This document shows, piece after piece, positions 50,720 through 63,300 of a stretch of DNA of 64,000 nucleotides (the stretch's first letter is position 1; each line of letters starts with the position of its first letter). The stretch is taken from contig NC_087437.1 of the NCBI RefSeq assembly GCF_036321535.1, positions 58,902,001 to 58,966,000 on the forward strand. The letters run 5' to 3'. A model generated the notes under the pieces. The model did not search any database. It was not told the origin of the DNA and saw only the letters and a program-made list of their open reading frames with translations. The DNA is from Camelus dromedarius. Its lineage: Eukaryota. A program made the translations under genes and the position numbers.

Positions 50720-50905
50720 CTGTGATAAACATGTGCCATGTGTGGTGGTTCTGAATTCTCACGATGAGCTGTGAGCACGGTATTCTAATCCGCATCCTAC
50801 TAAGAAGGAAACTAAGGCTCACAGGAGTGAAGTCGTTTGCCCACGTTCACACAGCTAGAACAGAAAGAGGGGGAGCTGGGACCTTCTGTCTGACTGCTAA
50901 GCCTG
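50720..50905 (-). mobile_element. MIR SINE
   Basis: gaggaaactaaggctcacaggagtgaagtcgtttgcccacgttcacacagctag. Confidence 0.7.
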
Positions 50906-51792
50906 TCTGCTTATCTCTAAGCTCCAAGGATCTGACAGCGCTGGTCACTTGTTGGGCCGGGGCAGGGGAAGCCCTGCCTGCTACTGTCTTCCCTCTGCGC
51001 CCCCTCCTCCACAGCTGAGGCTTGTCTCCTTTGCCGGAACTGCCCCCATGCTGACCACAAAGCGGAATGGCCCCGTCACTTCCACACATTCACCGGACTC
51101 AGCCCTTTCTCTCCGATAGGCTTTCGGGCCTCTCCCAGGCATGAATGCCATCCCAGTGGCCCTGTCAGTTCCCAGGTGCTCTGCCCACCTGCCGCCTGAA
51201 CTCCACTGTTGAAAGGGGGTGTCTCTGAGATGCTCAAGGGAGCCTCAGGTGACAGAGCTAACCACGGGAATGCTCCCTCCTCCTTGGTCGCCCCCCTTCA
51301 GGCGGCTCTTGAAGAGACTTGGCATTGTACCCACATCTCAGGGCTGAGGGCTTCCCCTAGCCTTCCCACAGGGTCTCACAAGGTAGCGCAATCCATCAGT
51401 CAGAGAAGTTCATTATCAGCCCGGTACCAGGCAGGGATGTGGTCCATGCTTCCCCTCGGCAGGCTGCCATCAGAAATGCCCCCTTGATCTTCACCTGCGC
51501 AAACAGCCCACAGGATGGAGTTTAGCCCTCGACAGGCAGGAAGGAGCTGGGGAATCTCTGGATCCTGCCACTGTCACCCTGCTGTTTGACCTCGGACAAC
51601 ATTCCTCCTTTTCCAAACATGTTAAACTGAAGGTCCTTCTGTGGATTTCCAGGGAAAGCCTTAAATGATGCAGTTGGCGGTCATCTTGGCCCATTCTCTC
51701 TGGAGGCAGTCACCACATCTAGCCTCCTTTCATTCTTTTTCCTCCTTTTCGTTTTTTTTTTTTCTTTCTTTCTTTCTTTTTTTTTCAAAGAC

Positions 51793-51794
51793 AT

Positions 51795-51874
<80 letters not shown>

Positions 51875-51950
51875 TGGAGGTACTGGGGACTGAACCCAGG
51901 ACCTCACTGCATGCTAAGCATACACCCTGCCACTGAGCTATATGCCCAAA
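51793..51950 (-). mobile_element. Vic-1-type SINE with (ATTT)20 tail microsatellite (51793-51872)
   Basis: aatggaggtactggggactgaacccaggacctc...gcatgctaagcat...ccactgagctata. Confidence 0.9.
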
Positions 51951-54900
51951 CCCCTCCCCCCCTTTTTTTTCTTAAAACCGACCCTGTGGATGAGTGTGGG
52001 AGGAAGCCAATGAAGATCTCGTGAAGGCCCACCACTTAGGATGTTTCTTCTTTACATTCTTCCTAGGGTTGGGTGGGGGTGGGGCAGGGGGGTTGCATAA
52101 GCCAAGTCTTTATGGGGTGTTGCTAAGCCAGGTCAAACTCTCCCCAACTTTTCTCCCCAACCAGATCCTCTTTCCAAGGCCATGGACGAGCTGGGAGAGA
52201 AGGGCTAATCGGTGGCACAGCTGTGTTCCCAGGAGTCTGGGTCATGCCTGGCTGCCCAACTGCATTGGATTGAGTGACGCTGTGGTTAAGAGATTTGCCA
52301 AAAATCACACAGCTGGAGATGGCCCTCCCAGAGGGCAGGGATATCAGAGCAGGCCAAAGGGTCCAGAGTCAAGTCTTGAGGAGGAAGGATGCAGGGAGCC
52401 ACGGAGAGTGCCCGGGGCTGAGGGTGGCAAGCTTGCTCTGGCCTGACTGTGGACAGCTCCGGGGAGAACAAATCACCATGCATTCCAGGGCCCCGGTCTT
52501 CTCATCTGGAAACCAGCAGGCCAGCCCATCGGAGGCAGAGAGATCCTAAATGGATCCAAGCTCCCTTCTAACTTTGGGTTCTCCAACTACTTTATAATAT
52601 AGGGATCCAAAAATGCCTCCGAGGCCTTCTCCCATTTGCATGGAGTGCTGGGGCCACACCAAAGCTCAGATGTGGCTCACAGTCCCCCTCCCCTCCACAC
52701 TCGCACCCTAGCCCTTGCCAAGGAAGTGGGATTCAGATCACTCTGATCCATCTTTATGTAAGGCAAGCAAATGATGGCCTTGCAGAGGGTTGATGCTTCC
52801 AAAGCCCTGCTGAGCCTGCCGGGTGGGTGACCTTTATGATTTCTCTCCCTCCTTGGGACCAGAAAGCTCTATTTGACCAACATTCAAGTCCCCAAACTTT
52901 TAGTTTGCCTGGAGCAAGCTCAGGTGTCTTAACTTTAGGGAATAACCTCCTCAGCCTTCACCAGACACCTTGAAGGGGGTGGGGTGGGGGTGGGGGACAA
53001 CACATCACACGTACTGCCCTGTGACATCCTTATGGCCCCCACCGCAGGAAGAGCAGGTCCAGCCAGCGTCAGAGATCCAAACAAAGTTCCTTTTCCATGT
53101 GCATTTTCTTCCTCAATAGCTTAGACTGTAAAGTCACCAGGAAGCACGGTCTAGTGCTCCAAGCTCAGACAGACAGCCTGACCTCTGCCCTGGCTCCCAG
53201 GTCTGGCCTGGGCCAGACACCGCATTGCCAGGACTGTCTTCTCATCTACAAAACAACTCAGGCCTCTTCCTGCACAACACAGCCCCTCCCTCCTCTGGCA
53301 GCAGCAGGACTCAGGACCAGCCTATCTCTCAGGAGAGGGAATCACTGTGGGAAAGGGCCTGGAAAAACAGAGCAGAGTAAGAAAGGGTTCCTTGTAAGTG
53401 GGGGTGGTGGGGGCGGGCACGAAGACCTCAGGGAGTGTCTCCCCCATCTTCACTCTTCCACTCTCCTGGTCCTGAGGTGGAAGGTCCCTGCTCTGGGTTC
53501 CCCCACACTTGGGCTGGTTTCCTTTGCAGGGGAACAGCCTGATGTGCAGATAAACAGAGGGGCCCACTGTGGATGACTGCTGGGCATCTCCCGGGATCAG
53601 CAACACCTTCATCAGAGAGGTGCTTATGTAAGCACTCACTTCCCTTCCCCGCCCCCACCCCTTAAATAAGCAGGCCGTTTCCTCCCCTCCACCCCTCCCC
53701 TCGAGGCTGGGTCATTTTGCCTTCCTCAGGCTGGAGCCCGACTTCTCATCCAGTTTCGACCTCAACTGCCTTGGGTGCATCCTGTCTCTTGCTCCTTATG
53801 AGTTCTCCTTTTACACCTGCCTTTAACTGTGACCTGATGTAAAGGGGAACTTGTCTTCCCGGCTGTGCTGGTGGGACAAAGATTTTTGGAGCTGAGACAC
53901 ATAAGGCCTTGAGGTTGCTGAAAAATAAGCCCCTTCAGTGACACTCTGCCAGGCCTCTGGTGAGGATTTTCATCTGATCCTTAATCTTCCTTCTGCCATG
54001 ATGGCCAAACACACCCACCATGTCCGCCTGCGGGAGGATCCAATGTCCCTGGCTGTCCTGCTACCAGACAAGGAAACGCATGTGCCTTTCATCACTGACA
54101 CCAGACATGTGTTCATTCCCCATCACCAACACCAGGTGTGCATTCATTCTTCGGGGAGGAAAGGTTAATAGGAGCCGGGGCAGAGAAATCCACGGATTTG
54201 AAGAGGTAGGCATGCTTGCTTCCCAAAAGTAAACCATCAGACCCAGTTTCATGGCCCCTGGACAAGATCTATGAGAGTGGTTCTCAACCCTGGCTGCAAG
54301 GTAGAATCCAGCCCCACCACCCTAATATCAATTAAATGGAAATCTCTAGGGATGGGATCCAGGCATCCACCAACTTTGGGAGCCACTGATCTAAAATAAA
54401 GCCTCATTTAACAATTTGGGAAACAGAAGCTCAGAAAGGGCACGTGATCTGCTCAAAGTTAAACAGCCAGTTGGGACAGAGCACTGAACAGAATTTGGGT
54501 CTCTGAACTGTGAATTCACCTCTCTTCCTATCATGGTTTTCCTTCTGGTCATTTTAGGAAAGAGGGACTTAATTTCAGGTATACATTAAAATTATCTGGG
54601 GAACTTTTGAAATATATGATGACAGGCTTCATCATGGAATTCTGATTTAATTTCTCTGGAGTGTGGCCTGGGCATATATATGTTTTGAAGTTCCTTGAGT
54701 GACTCTGATAATCATGATTCAAAGAAATCCTGCTTTAAAGGTAAAACTCAGAAAAAGAGAAAGAAAGGGGAGGGAGGGAGAGAGGAGGAAAAGAAATAAT
54801 GCTGTGGAGGTCAGGGAAGGGAAGAATGTTCCTGGAGGAGGAATCTTTGGGATCTGCCAAAATTACAGGATGTTTGAGCTGGATCTTGGAGGAGAAATGG

Positions 54901-55079
54901 ATTTAGATACTTGGAAGTTGTCAAAGGCTTTCCGAGGGAGGGAACAGTATGAGCAGAGTCCCACAGGAAGATATGAGAGATATAAGAGTTGAGAAGTGGA
55001 CAAACAGATCAACTTGGGACTAGAGTGTGGGAGATCGTGACTGCCACACCCAGGAGCTTGGACTGCATGGTCAGGGCCA

Positions 55080-55240
55080 CACAGCAGAAGTGCCTGGAGG
55101 GCTGCTTAAAGCAGATTACTGGGCCCCACCCTCAGAGCGCTGAGTCAGCAGGTCTGCAGGCGGGGCCCAAGCACTTATATTTCTAACAAGTTCCCCGGTG
55201 ATGCTGATGGTCCACGGAGGATGCTTTAAGATCCACTGGG
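55080..55240. mobile_element. MER5A MITE
   Basis: gcagattactgggccccaccctcagag...gcaggtctg...ggggccc...atttctaacaagttcccc-ggtgatgctgatg. Confidence 0.8.
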
Positions 55241-55972
55241 CTAGGCCAAGGGAAACCACAGGAGGTTATGGCTCTCAGATCAGTTGCAGACTGCGTGTGA
55301 GAGAGCGAGAGAGAGACTCACTAAGACAGGAACATTGATCTGATGTGGAGAGAGACAAACAGGAAGTCCAGAGCAGAGGCTTCTAGTAGAAGCAGCAAGG
55401 GGCTCTGGGGAGAAGGGCACCTAGATGATGACCGTGGAGCAGTGCAGAGAACGTGGTGACCAACTGGATTTGGAAGGAGGTGGAATCAGAGTCCAGGGTG
55501 AGTGAGCTGTGGAGACTAAGCGGCCCAGACGATGATGGTACAACTCTCGGAGCTGAGGAGCCAGGAGAAGGAGCAGGTGTGAGGTGGCACCCAGGGCTCG
55601 GCTGGAAGACGAACACTGCGCCCTTGTCCCGAGCTCCCAGCAAGCCCGTGACCTCTGACTCAGGCCTGGGGCATGCCAAAGTAAAGAAGACTGGGCTCTA
55701 CTCCCCTAAACATCCCTGCTTCTGCCTTAAAGCTCCTGCCCTCCTGGGGCTGGGGCATGGGCTGAGCCAGCGTGGCCTCACCCACCACACAGAGCTTTGG
55801 GCCTGGAGGGAGCCGAAGACCACGGTGTGTCTCTTGCAGGTCAAATCAGGGAGGCAAGTTTAGCAAGCGTGGGTATGTATGTTACTCACGCTCAAACTCA
55901 TTTTGTCCCAAACTCACTTTCTGTCTGCCTTCATATTGACAGATCGTGCTTGTTCCCTAAAGCAGTGATTCT

Positions 55973-56110
55973 TTTTTTTTTTTTTTAACGGGGGAGGGGG
56001 TAATTAAGTTTATTTATTTATTTGATTTTTCAGTGGAGGTATTGGGGATTGAACCCAGTACCTCAGGCACGCTAGGCATGCGCTCTACCACTTGAGCTAT
56101 ACCCTCCTGC
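55973..56110 (-). mobile_element. Vic-1-type SINE with TSD, inserted at the end of a MER5-like element (~56119-56295)
   Basis: Full body plus ggggggaggggg-taatta-tttatttatt tail. TSD ctaaagcagtgattct (55957-55972) and ctaaaacagtgatgct (56113-56128). Confidence 0.92.
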
Positions 56111-57584
56111 CTCTAAAACAGTGATGCTCAATCTTGGCGACAGGTGAAAATCATCTGGGAAGCTTTAAAAATTCCTTGCACCCGGGCTGCATCCCACCCC
56201 AATTAGAAGAGAATCTCTGGAGTGGTCCTTGGTCACCAGTATATTTTCAAGCTCTCTGAATCACTCAAAAGGGCAATCAGGATTGAGAAATGTGCCCTGT
56301 ATGGTGTGGGTAGGGAGCCTTCAAATAGTGTATTTATGAAAATGACATTTCCTCCTGAAGGAAATGGTTTGAATGCATCTAACTCTGCCCTGCCATCCCC
56401 CCACTCCCTCTACCCGCAGTGGGAACTCATCAAGGGACAGCCGGCCCGCCTGTGAAGGTTGGGGTGGGGGATGTTGACCAGGGCTGTGGTTCATGGAGGT
56501 GGAGGCCGTGCCCTGGAAGGGAGGGGCTGGAATGTCCAAAGTCCAAGGAGGCCTGCACTCTAAGAGGCCAGCCCGAATGTGGAGGGGTGGGGTGGAGTTC
56601 ACAGCCAAGCCCACAGGGAGGTTTTAAGGACCTAAGAAGCCCCGTGGGAGGAGGGAGACGTGGGTGTGGGCAACGGGAGGGGCTCTGCACGGATGCTGGC
56701 AACTCCCAGAGCTGCAGTCCAGGTACAGGTGAGTGTGGGAAGCCAGGAGAGGGCAGAGTGTGACAGGGGCCCCGCTCCGGGTCCTCCTCCTTGACTCTGC
56801 CCAGAGACAGAAAAGATGGGGAACTCACCAGGGAGGGATGAACTCTAAGACCACTGGGATTTGGGGTCCTGAAGCTAGTACAGTTTAGGGGACTATCTGC
56901 AGGAAAAAGAATACAAAGTGCCAAGTATAACATGGAGTCCGGGCCTTGGAAGGAGCCTGGGCGAGGAGGGGCCCTGTTGTGGAGTTTTGTGACCTCTTGG
57001 TAAATACACTCTGGTTCACAGGCTAACGTTTTTGTGATAGGACATTCACTGTTTCATTTCCAAAGCGTGTCGTACCTTCCAGGGTGTTACCGGTGTGGTC
57101 CTATAGGTACTGTGACCTTCGGGACATCTGTCAGACCAGGGAGGCCAGTCATCCATTCTGTTTCTGGGGAAACAAAGGTGTGGAGAGGTGTCTCTGGTCA
57201 GTCACCCAACACGTCAGTGACTGTGTCACCAGCAAGGCCCTCAGTCCCAGTCCCACATGCCGATCATTCCCTCCACAGGCTGGCACGAGGACTTCCTGTG
57301 TGTCAGGGCCATGCTGAGCATGTTCAGTTTCACAGTGACTCAGCTGTGGCCCCGGATCTCAAAAACGAGACTTTCCCTCAAGGAGCTGTAACTGTGGTGA
57401 GGAAGCCGACTCACGCCAGCAATTACAGTGGGAGGATGAGCACAGTAGAGCAGGTGAGAGGTACTCCTCTCGGGCCGTTAAGGCAGGCTTCCTGGAGGAG
57501 GCAACATGGGAAGGAGCCTGAGAGAACTAGCCCAGCGGAGGGAACTCACCAGCCTGGGAAAAGTTTCCTGCACAGTGAACAGCT

Positions 57585-57820
57585 ACAATAGTACCTATTA
57601 AGCACCTACTATGCACCACGCCTTGGTCTAATCATTACATATGTATGAAGTCAATGAGTCCCCATGACATCCTCACATGATGGGTACCATTATTATCCTC
57701 ATCTTATAGATAAGGAAGCTGAGGCATAGTGCCATTGAGGAGACTGTTCTCAAAGTCACAGCTATTTAAATGGTGGGTCTGAGTACTAAACGCAGGAAGT
57801 CTGGCTTCCAGAGCCCATGT
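57585..57820 (-). mobile_element. MIR SINE, near full length
   Basis: tattaagcacctactatgc...attattatcctcatcttatagataaggaagctgaggca...aagtcacagcta...gtctggcttccagagccc. Confidence 0.85.
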
Positions 57821-58269
57821 AGGCACAAAACTAGGAGGGGACTACTTGGAGCATTTGGAGAACTGCACGACATTGAGCATCTCACACACAGGGAGCATAA
57901 AGGAAGCCAGCCAGGAAGGAGTCTGAGGAGGCCCAGAGGGCAGGATGGATCCTGAAGGGCCTAGAAGAATGAGTAACAGAGTGTGGGTTGGTCCTGTAAG
58001 GGGCAGGATAATGACTGAAGGTTTTCCAGATCCAGGCTTTAGAAAGGTTGCTCTGCACAGGAGATGTAATTAGAGAAAATGGACTGGAAGCCATCTGATG
58101 CGAGCAGGGGGGGCCTCTAAGGATGCTCTTGCAGAGTCCTGGCAAGTGCTGGTGCAGCATCAGCTGAGGCTGAGGGACTAGCTCAAAGTTATTCTGCCTC
58201 CAAAGACCAGTTTAACCAGCCTGAGAGAGGTGGGATGGGGGAGCAGGAGGAGGGTAGCAGCTGAATGCC

Positions 58270-58460
58270 CGAAAAGTGCTCTGGCTTTGGAGTCAAGAAA
58301 CCTGAGTTCAGTGACCACATTCCCACTGGCCACCTTCGTGGAATAGTCAAATCCCTTCGCCTCTCTGAGTCACAGTTTCCTCATCCAGAAAGTGGGCATC
58401 ATAATTCTTGCTCTGTCTGACTCACTCAGTTTGGTGAAATTCAAACAACATTATGTTTGT
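58270..58460 (+). mobile_element. MIR-family SINE
   Basis: ctggctttggagtcaagaaacctgagttc...cctctctgagtcacagtttcctcatc. Confidence 0.7.
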
Positions 58461-58463
58461 GAA

Positions 58464-58563
58464 AAATGACCCGTAAGTATCATTGGCAATCCAATGGAAG
58501 TTTTGACCCAAAAGTGATCAAGAAATGACCCACCAGTGTTATTGGCAACCCAATGGAAGTTTT
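58464..58563. repeat. Two-copy tandem duplication, period 59 bp
   Basis: aaatgaccc...attggcaa(t/c)ccaatggaagtttt at 58464-58504 and 58523-58563. Confidence 0.85.
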
Positions 58564-59739
58564 AAAATGTCTTCACAATTAACTGACAGCCCTGAGACCA
58601 AAGGCTTCATCTTCTCAGGATGAAGTGGTTTCCTCTGCCTTGGGAACAGGTCTCACAGCTCATGCACGCTCCCATCTTTACAGGACTCACCAATCTCCTC
58701 CTCATTTAAAGCCGAGCCCAGATGGAACCCCCTCCATGAAGCCTTTCTTCAGACCTCCACCTGGAAACTGCCTCCTCTTCCGCTGAAGGAGTGCTACTGA
58801 CCAGCCCTTCCGGAGCCTCGCTTCTTCCTATCTTTGACTTAGCTGCAGCTCGTAATGGCTTCTGTGCACACACACCCCCAGCCTAGTGGCTGCTGCCTTT
58901 CTAATTCCTCTTTGAAGCACAAAGGACACACTCCGTGCATTTTTGTTTTGAATGATTAAAATACCGAGTAAGTGAATGGGCTGTGGTTCCAAAGAGAAGT
59001 CTAGGAAGACAGCAGCCCTGACCCAGTGGAAAGCGCAGAGGGTTCTCTGTGATGGCCCGAGGGTCAGAGGCTACCAAGGGCCTTTCAAACCCCGCTCTTC
59101 TCCAACAGACATGGAAATAACAACAGTGAGAACAACTGTATTCGCTGACAGCTATGACTACTCATTCTACCACTTGTTAGGTGTTGCACTGAATCGCCTT
59201 ATTTAATCTTCACCACAAACCTATAAGGAGGTGACACTTTCCTCCAACATCGTGCCCAGTGCCTAGGACGGAGACAGTGCTCCGTTAATTTACAAAAAGA
59301 AATGCTAGATGAGGAAACCGGGCACCAGGAGATGCAGTAACTTGCCAGCGGAGTTGAGATTCAGCTCTTTACGACTTCATACTGGTTCTCATAAAAAAAA
59401 AGATGACAGGTTGTGAGCACCATGAGGCAAAAGCAGGCAAGCTGAAGGAACCAGAGTCTGAAAATCCAGGAGAGGGCCTGGAATCAGTGGTGCATGGCCA
59501 GCCCTCCCCCACCTGAAGAGTCAAGTGCAAGTCGCGGGTCCGCCCTCCGAGGAAGGGGGATGGTTTCAGAGTCCAAGGCCAGCAGAGCCCAGCACCTGAG
59601 GAGTAATGGAGTTTTATCTGCTTGAGGCTTTTCCAGACATTTCCTTATCAGCATTTCTTCTGGAAGGATCTGGGCAATCAGCTTCATGACAGGACCCAGG
59701 CTGAGAGAAACCCTGTTTATTAAAAAGGAGGGAGGAGAA

Positions 59740-59885
59740 GGGAGGGTATTGCTCAGTGGTAGAGCGCATGCTTAGAATGCACAAGGTCCTGGGTTCAATC
59801 CCCTGTACCTCTGTTAAAAATAAATAATACATACATAAATAAACCAAATTACCTCTTCCACCCAAAAAAATAAAATTAAAAAAAT
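59740..59885 (+). mobile_element. Vic-1-type SINE, full length
   Basis: gggagggtattgctcagtggtagagcgcatgcttagaatgcacaaggtcctgggttcaatcccc plus the ataaataaacc-aattacctc-A-rich tail. Confidence 0.92.
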
Positions 59886-61230
59886 TATAATTTTTTAAAG
59901 GGTGGAGTGGACTTGGGGTGTCCCAGGATCGGGCCCCCTCTCCCTCAGCTCAGCTGGTAAAGAGAAGCCAGAAGAAGAGACAGAGTGTGAATGTTCAGGA
60001 GAAAAGCCACAGCCATCACCAGGGAGAGGTGGAGAGAAGCAGATCCTGGCTGACTGATCCCAGACCCCTGAGCTGCCTCCCCTCCATCTGATAAACGCTT
60101 CCTGTGAAAATGTTTACCCAGGAGGAAATGGATCAGGCTTCCCCTCCCCACCATGAGGAGGGGAAGAGGGGCTGCACCAGCCCCATAAATCCCAACAGCT
60201 GTCCGTGCTCACCACCCTGCCTCCCCGGGTGCCCTGGAGTGGGTGAGACAAAGGTGCCAGACACAGAAAGAGCTGTAGACAGGAGGCAGGGATGCAGCCG
60301 GGGGGATCCATGGCCATTTGTCAGTTTTACCTCCTATTTTTATCTCCATTTCTTTTCCATTAAGTTGTCATCTGTCCTTGTTTGATCCTGGAAGTCCGAG
60401 ACGAGTCACTGGGAACTGGTCCCTTTTCATTTTTCCCTGCTTAGGAAGTGATGTGAGGGAGGATCAAGAAAACTGTCACAGTGGATCTTAAACCTTGGGG
60501 GAAGTGTCCACAGGCCTGGAAAAACCATCTGCTTCCCGATATTCGGAGACTCTCAGCTCCAGTCTCAGGTGTGCTGCCGTCTCCTCTAAAGAGACACCGG
60601 ACGTGCTGAAAAGAGTATGATGTCAGGAACCAGACCAGAAAGTTCAGTCCTGGCATCCCCACTTATTCACCCTGTGACCTGGGCGCGTCCCGTATCTTCT
60701 CGGAGCCTAGATTCCCTCCCCTGCAGAACAGAGACAATGATATTCCCTGCAGAATTTCCTGCGAGGGCCAAACTAGGGAATGTACGTACAAACGCTTAAA
60801 AACAGGAAAATAATGCAGTCATGGAGTTTTTTCCTAAGCCAAGGAACTTGGCCGCGCTCTCCATCTATAAAATGGGTACAGTAATCTCTGCACCTCACTT
60901 TCCTGAATGTCAGGAGGAGAGGGGAGATAACAATCACAAAGGTGTCCAAGATCTTGGGTCAATTTTCCATTTCACCAATATCCAACAATCAGAGAATGAA
61001 AAACATTCCCAAAACTTGTTTCAGTTCTCAACAATGACTATCTCAGTCAGCAACAGCATCCCGAGGCAAAGCACCAAAGGCTAAATTATTTTTTAAATAT
61101 CACACCCTCAGTCTGTAAAAGTTTGTAATAACATATTTCTAGCTTAGCCCGAATATCTCTTTCACTAAAGCACCTCAATTCCCAGCAACAGTTCTATAAC
61201 GTGTAACTCACAGAACATGTGTGTCAGAAG

Positions 61231-61418
61231 CAACAAGGACCTACTATATAGCACATATTCAATATTCACAGGGAACTATATTCAATATCTTGTAATAACC
61301 TATAATGGAAAAGAATCTGAAAAAGAATATATATATATGTATGTATAACTGAACCACCTTGCTGTACACCTGAAACACAACACTGTAAATCAGCTATACA
61401 GCAATAATAATAATAATA
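61231..61418 (+). mobile_element. Short L1 3' end with (AAT)n tail
   Basis: caacaaggacctact...gggaactatattcaatatcttgtaataacctataatggaaaagaatctgaaaaaga...gtacacctgaaac. Confidence 0.88.
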
Positions 61419-62596
61419 CTAATCTCATGTTCTTGTGATGGACTGGATCAGAACTGCTGGGGGATCAGCTGGGAAACGACAGTTTCACATGCACATTAGG
61501 TGATTAAACGTCGTGCGTGCAGATGTTTAAGAGCTGCTAATCTGGAGGCCCCACGGTGTGCTGCCCAAGAGTCATTCCAACCTTCTCCAAGTCATTTAGC
61601 AGCCAAATCCCTGGACCCCACAAAAGAGGAGACTCAGATACACACAAATCTAGTAAAACCCAAATCATGTGACCCCAACTTCCAAGGCTTCACATCCATA
61701 GATGTGATTCTGGAAAAAGCAGATGGGAGAGGCTGGGTCAGGAGCCAAGTCTTAACTTGAGCCGAGACCACAGCAGAGATTAGCCCAAGGAAGGAAGCAC
61801 AGCCGATGCATGGCACTTAAGTAATAAATAGGGCCACTGTGCCCTGCAAAGAGGGAGGTGGGCTGCAGGTGACAGCAGAGTCTAGGTCACAGGAACAATG
61901 TCAGAGGGAGGCAGAGAGAAGAGACAAACCAATCATTACAGATTCTTGGGACTGAGAGTTCTAATGACTTGCCTATTTCATTTTAATCAATATGTAGTTT
62001 CCGGGCATCTTGGATCTTGGAGACCCTGCAAGGGATTGATACATTCTCAGATACCAGGTGAGTGTGATTCATCTACCAGCTGACAGGATCCTATGACTTT
62101 CTGTGTGAAATTAGAGTTGTGTGTAGAGATGTTAGATTTCCCCACAGGGCTGACCTCCCATTTGCTCATCAAGATGACCTGAACTTACTGTTTTCCATTG
62201 TGATTGTTCTCTGTGGCTCAATATGACTATTAAGGAATGTGGCAAGTGTCTGAAAATGAGTAACTTTTCAGCTCCATATGTCATTGCTGATGGCAGCCAT
62301 AGGCCCAGTGACTAAAACAGGATGAGGCCCTCTTCTCCATTTCTCCGGTGAGCAAGTGGAGGCTCAGAGAGGTTAGAATAATGTCCTATGTCACACAGTA
62401 TCAAGTTCATAGATAGGACTCTGCGTCTTCTATTTCAAATTTCTTTCCACTACAGCTTTCTCATTAAGCCTCAGAAACTTGACCTTTGAGGTACATCTAG
62501 AAAGCTTTCTTCTTAGCACCTTGAAAATCTGTAGAGCTCTTCCTTCTTGTTTTCTGGTTAAAACGAATTCCTCATTTAGTACTTTGGCATGTGAGT

Positions 62597-62709
62597 CAGG
62601 GTGACCAGTCATCTTGACTTCCCCAGGATGGTCCTAGTTTTAGCACTAAAACTCCCATGTCCCATGTAATCCCTCAGTCCTGGACACACCGTGACAGTTG
62701 GTCACCTTA
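62597..62709. mobile_element. MER81-like hAT-Blackjack MITE
   Basis: About 113 bp with TIRs agggtgacca...tggtcacctt and internal gttttagcactaaaactccc. Confidence 0.8.
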
Positions 62710-63109
62710 CCTTGAGCTCAGACCATCTCATCATCCCCTCAGGGAGGCTCCAGCTACATGGGAACCCATGACTCCTGACTCCCCACTGAGGCTCTGACTC
62801 CCTTACCTACATCCTCTGCTCCCCAAGAATCAGATCCTTCAGAGCAAATATGATCCTGGGAAATCACTCTCCATCCAGGTAAGCACTTTGGTGAACTTCT
62901 GATCACAACGGACATATGAGCAATACAAGAGAAAGTACACAGAAAGCAATATTAGACTTATCAGTACCAGTTGCCAAGTGACCATGGGTAAGAATTTGCT
63001 TTATTGAACCTCGGAGCTGGAAGGGAAAAATGATTTAGTACACAAACACAATGTTGGTCCCCAAGTAGTCTAGGACAAAGTGGTACATGTGTTCATTATT
63101 ACGGCCACT

Positions 63110-63300
63110 GGAACAGGCAAGCTGGTTAAATCCTGGTTCTGCCACTTAATAGCTGTGTGCCCTTGGGCAGCTTGCCCAGTATCTCTCTGTACCTTAATTT
63201 TCTCATCTATAAAATGGAAAGAACAAATTCTCCTCCAGAGAGTTATTATGAAAATTAACATACAAATCATTAGAAAGTGCCTGCAGTAAATGGTTCATTG
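63110..63300 (+). mobile_element. MIR SINE
   Basis: aaatcctggttctgccacttaatagctgtgtgcccttgggca...ttctcatctataaaatgg...ttagaaagtgcct. Confidence 0.8.

Noticed and set aside
59740..59812. tRNA-Ala-like gene (and four similar copies)
   Set aside because: Degenerate stems, SINE-type AT-rich tails and a TSD at one copy indicate SINEs, not functional tRNAs.
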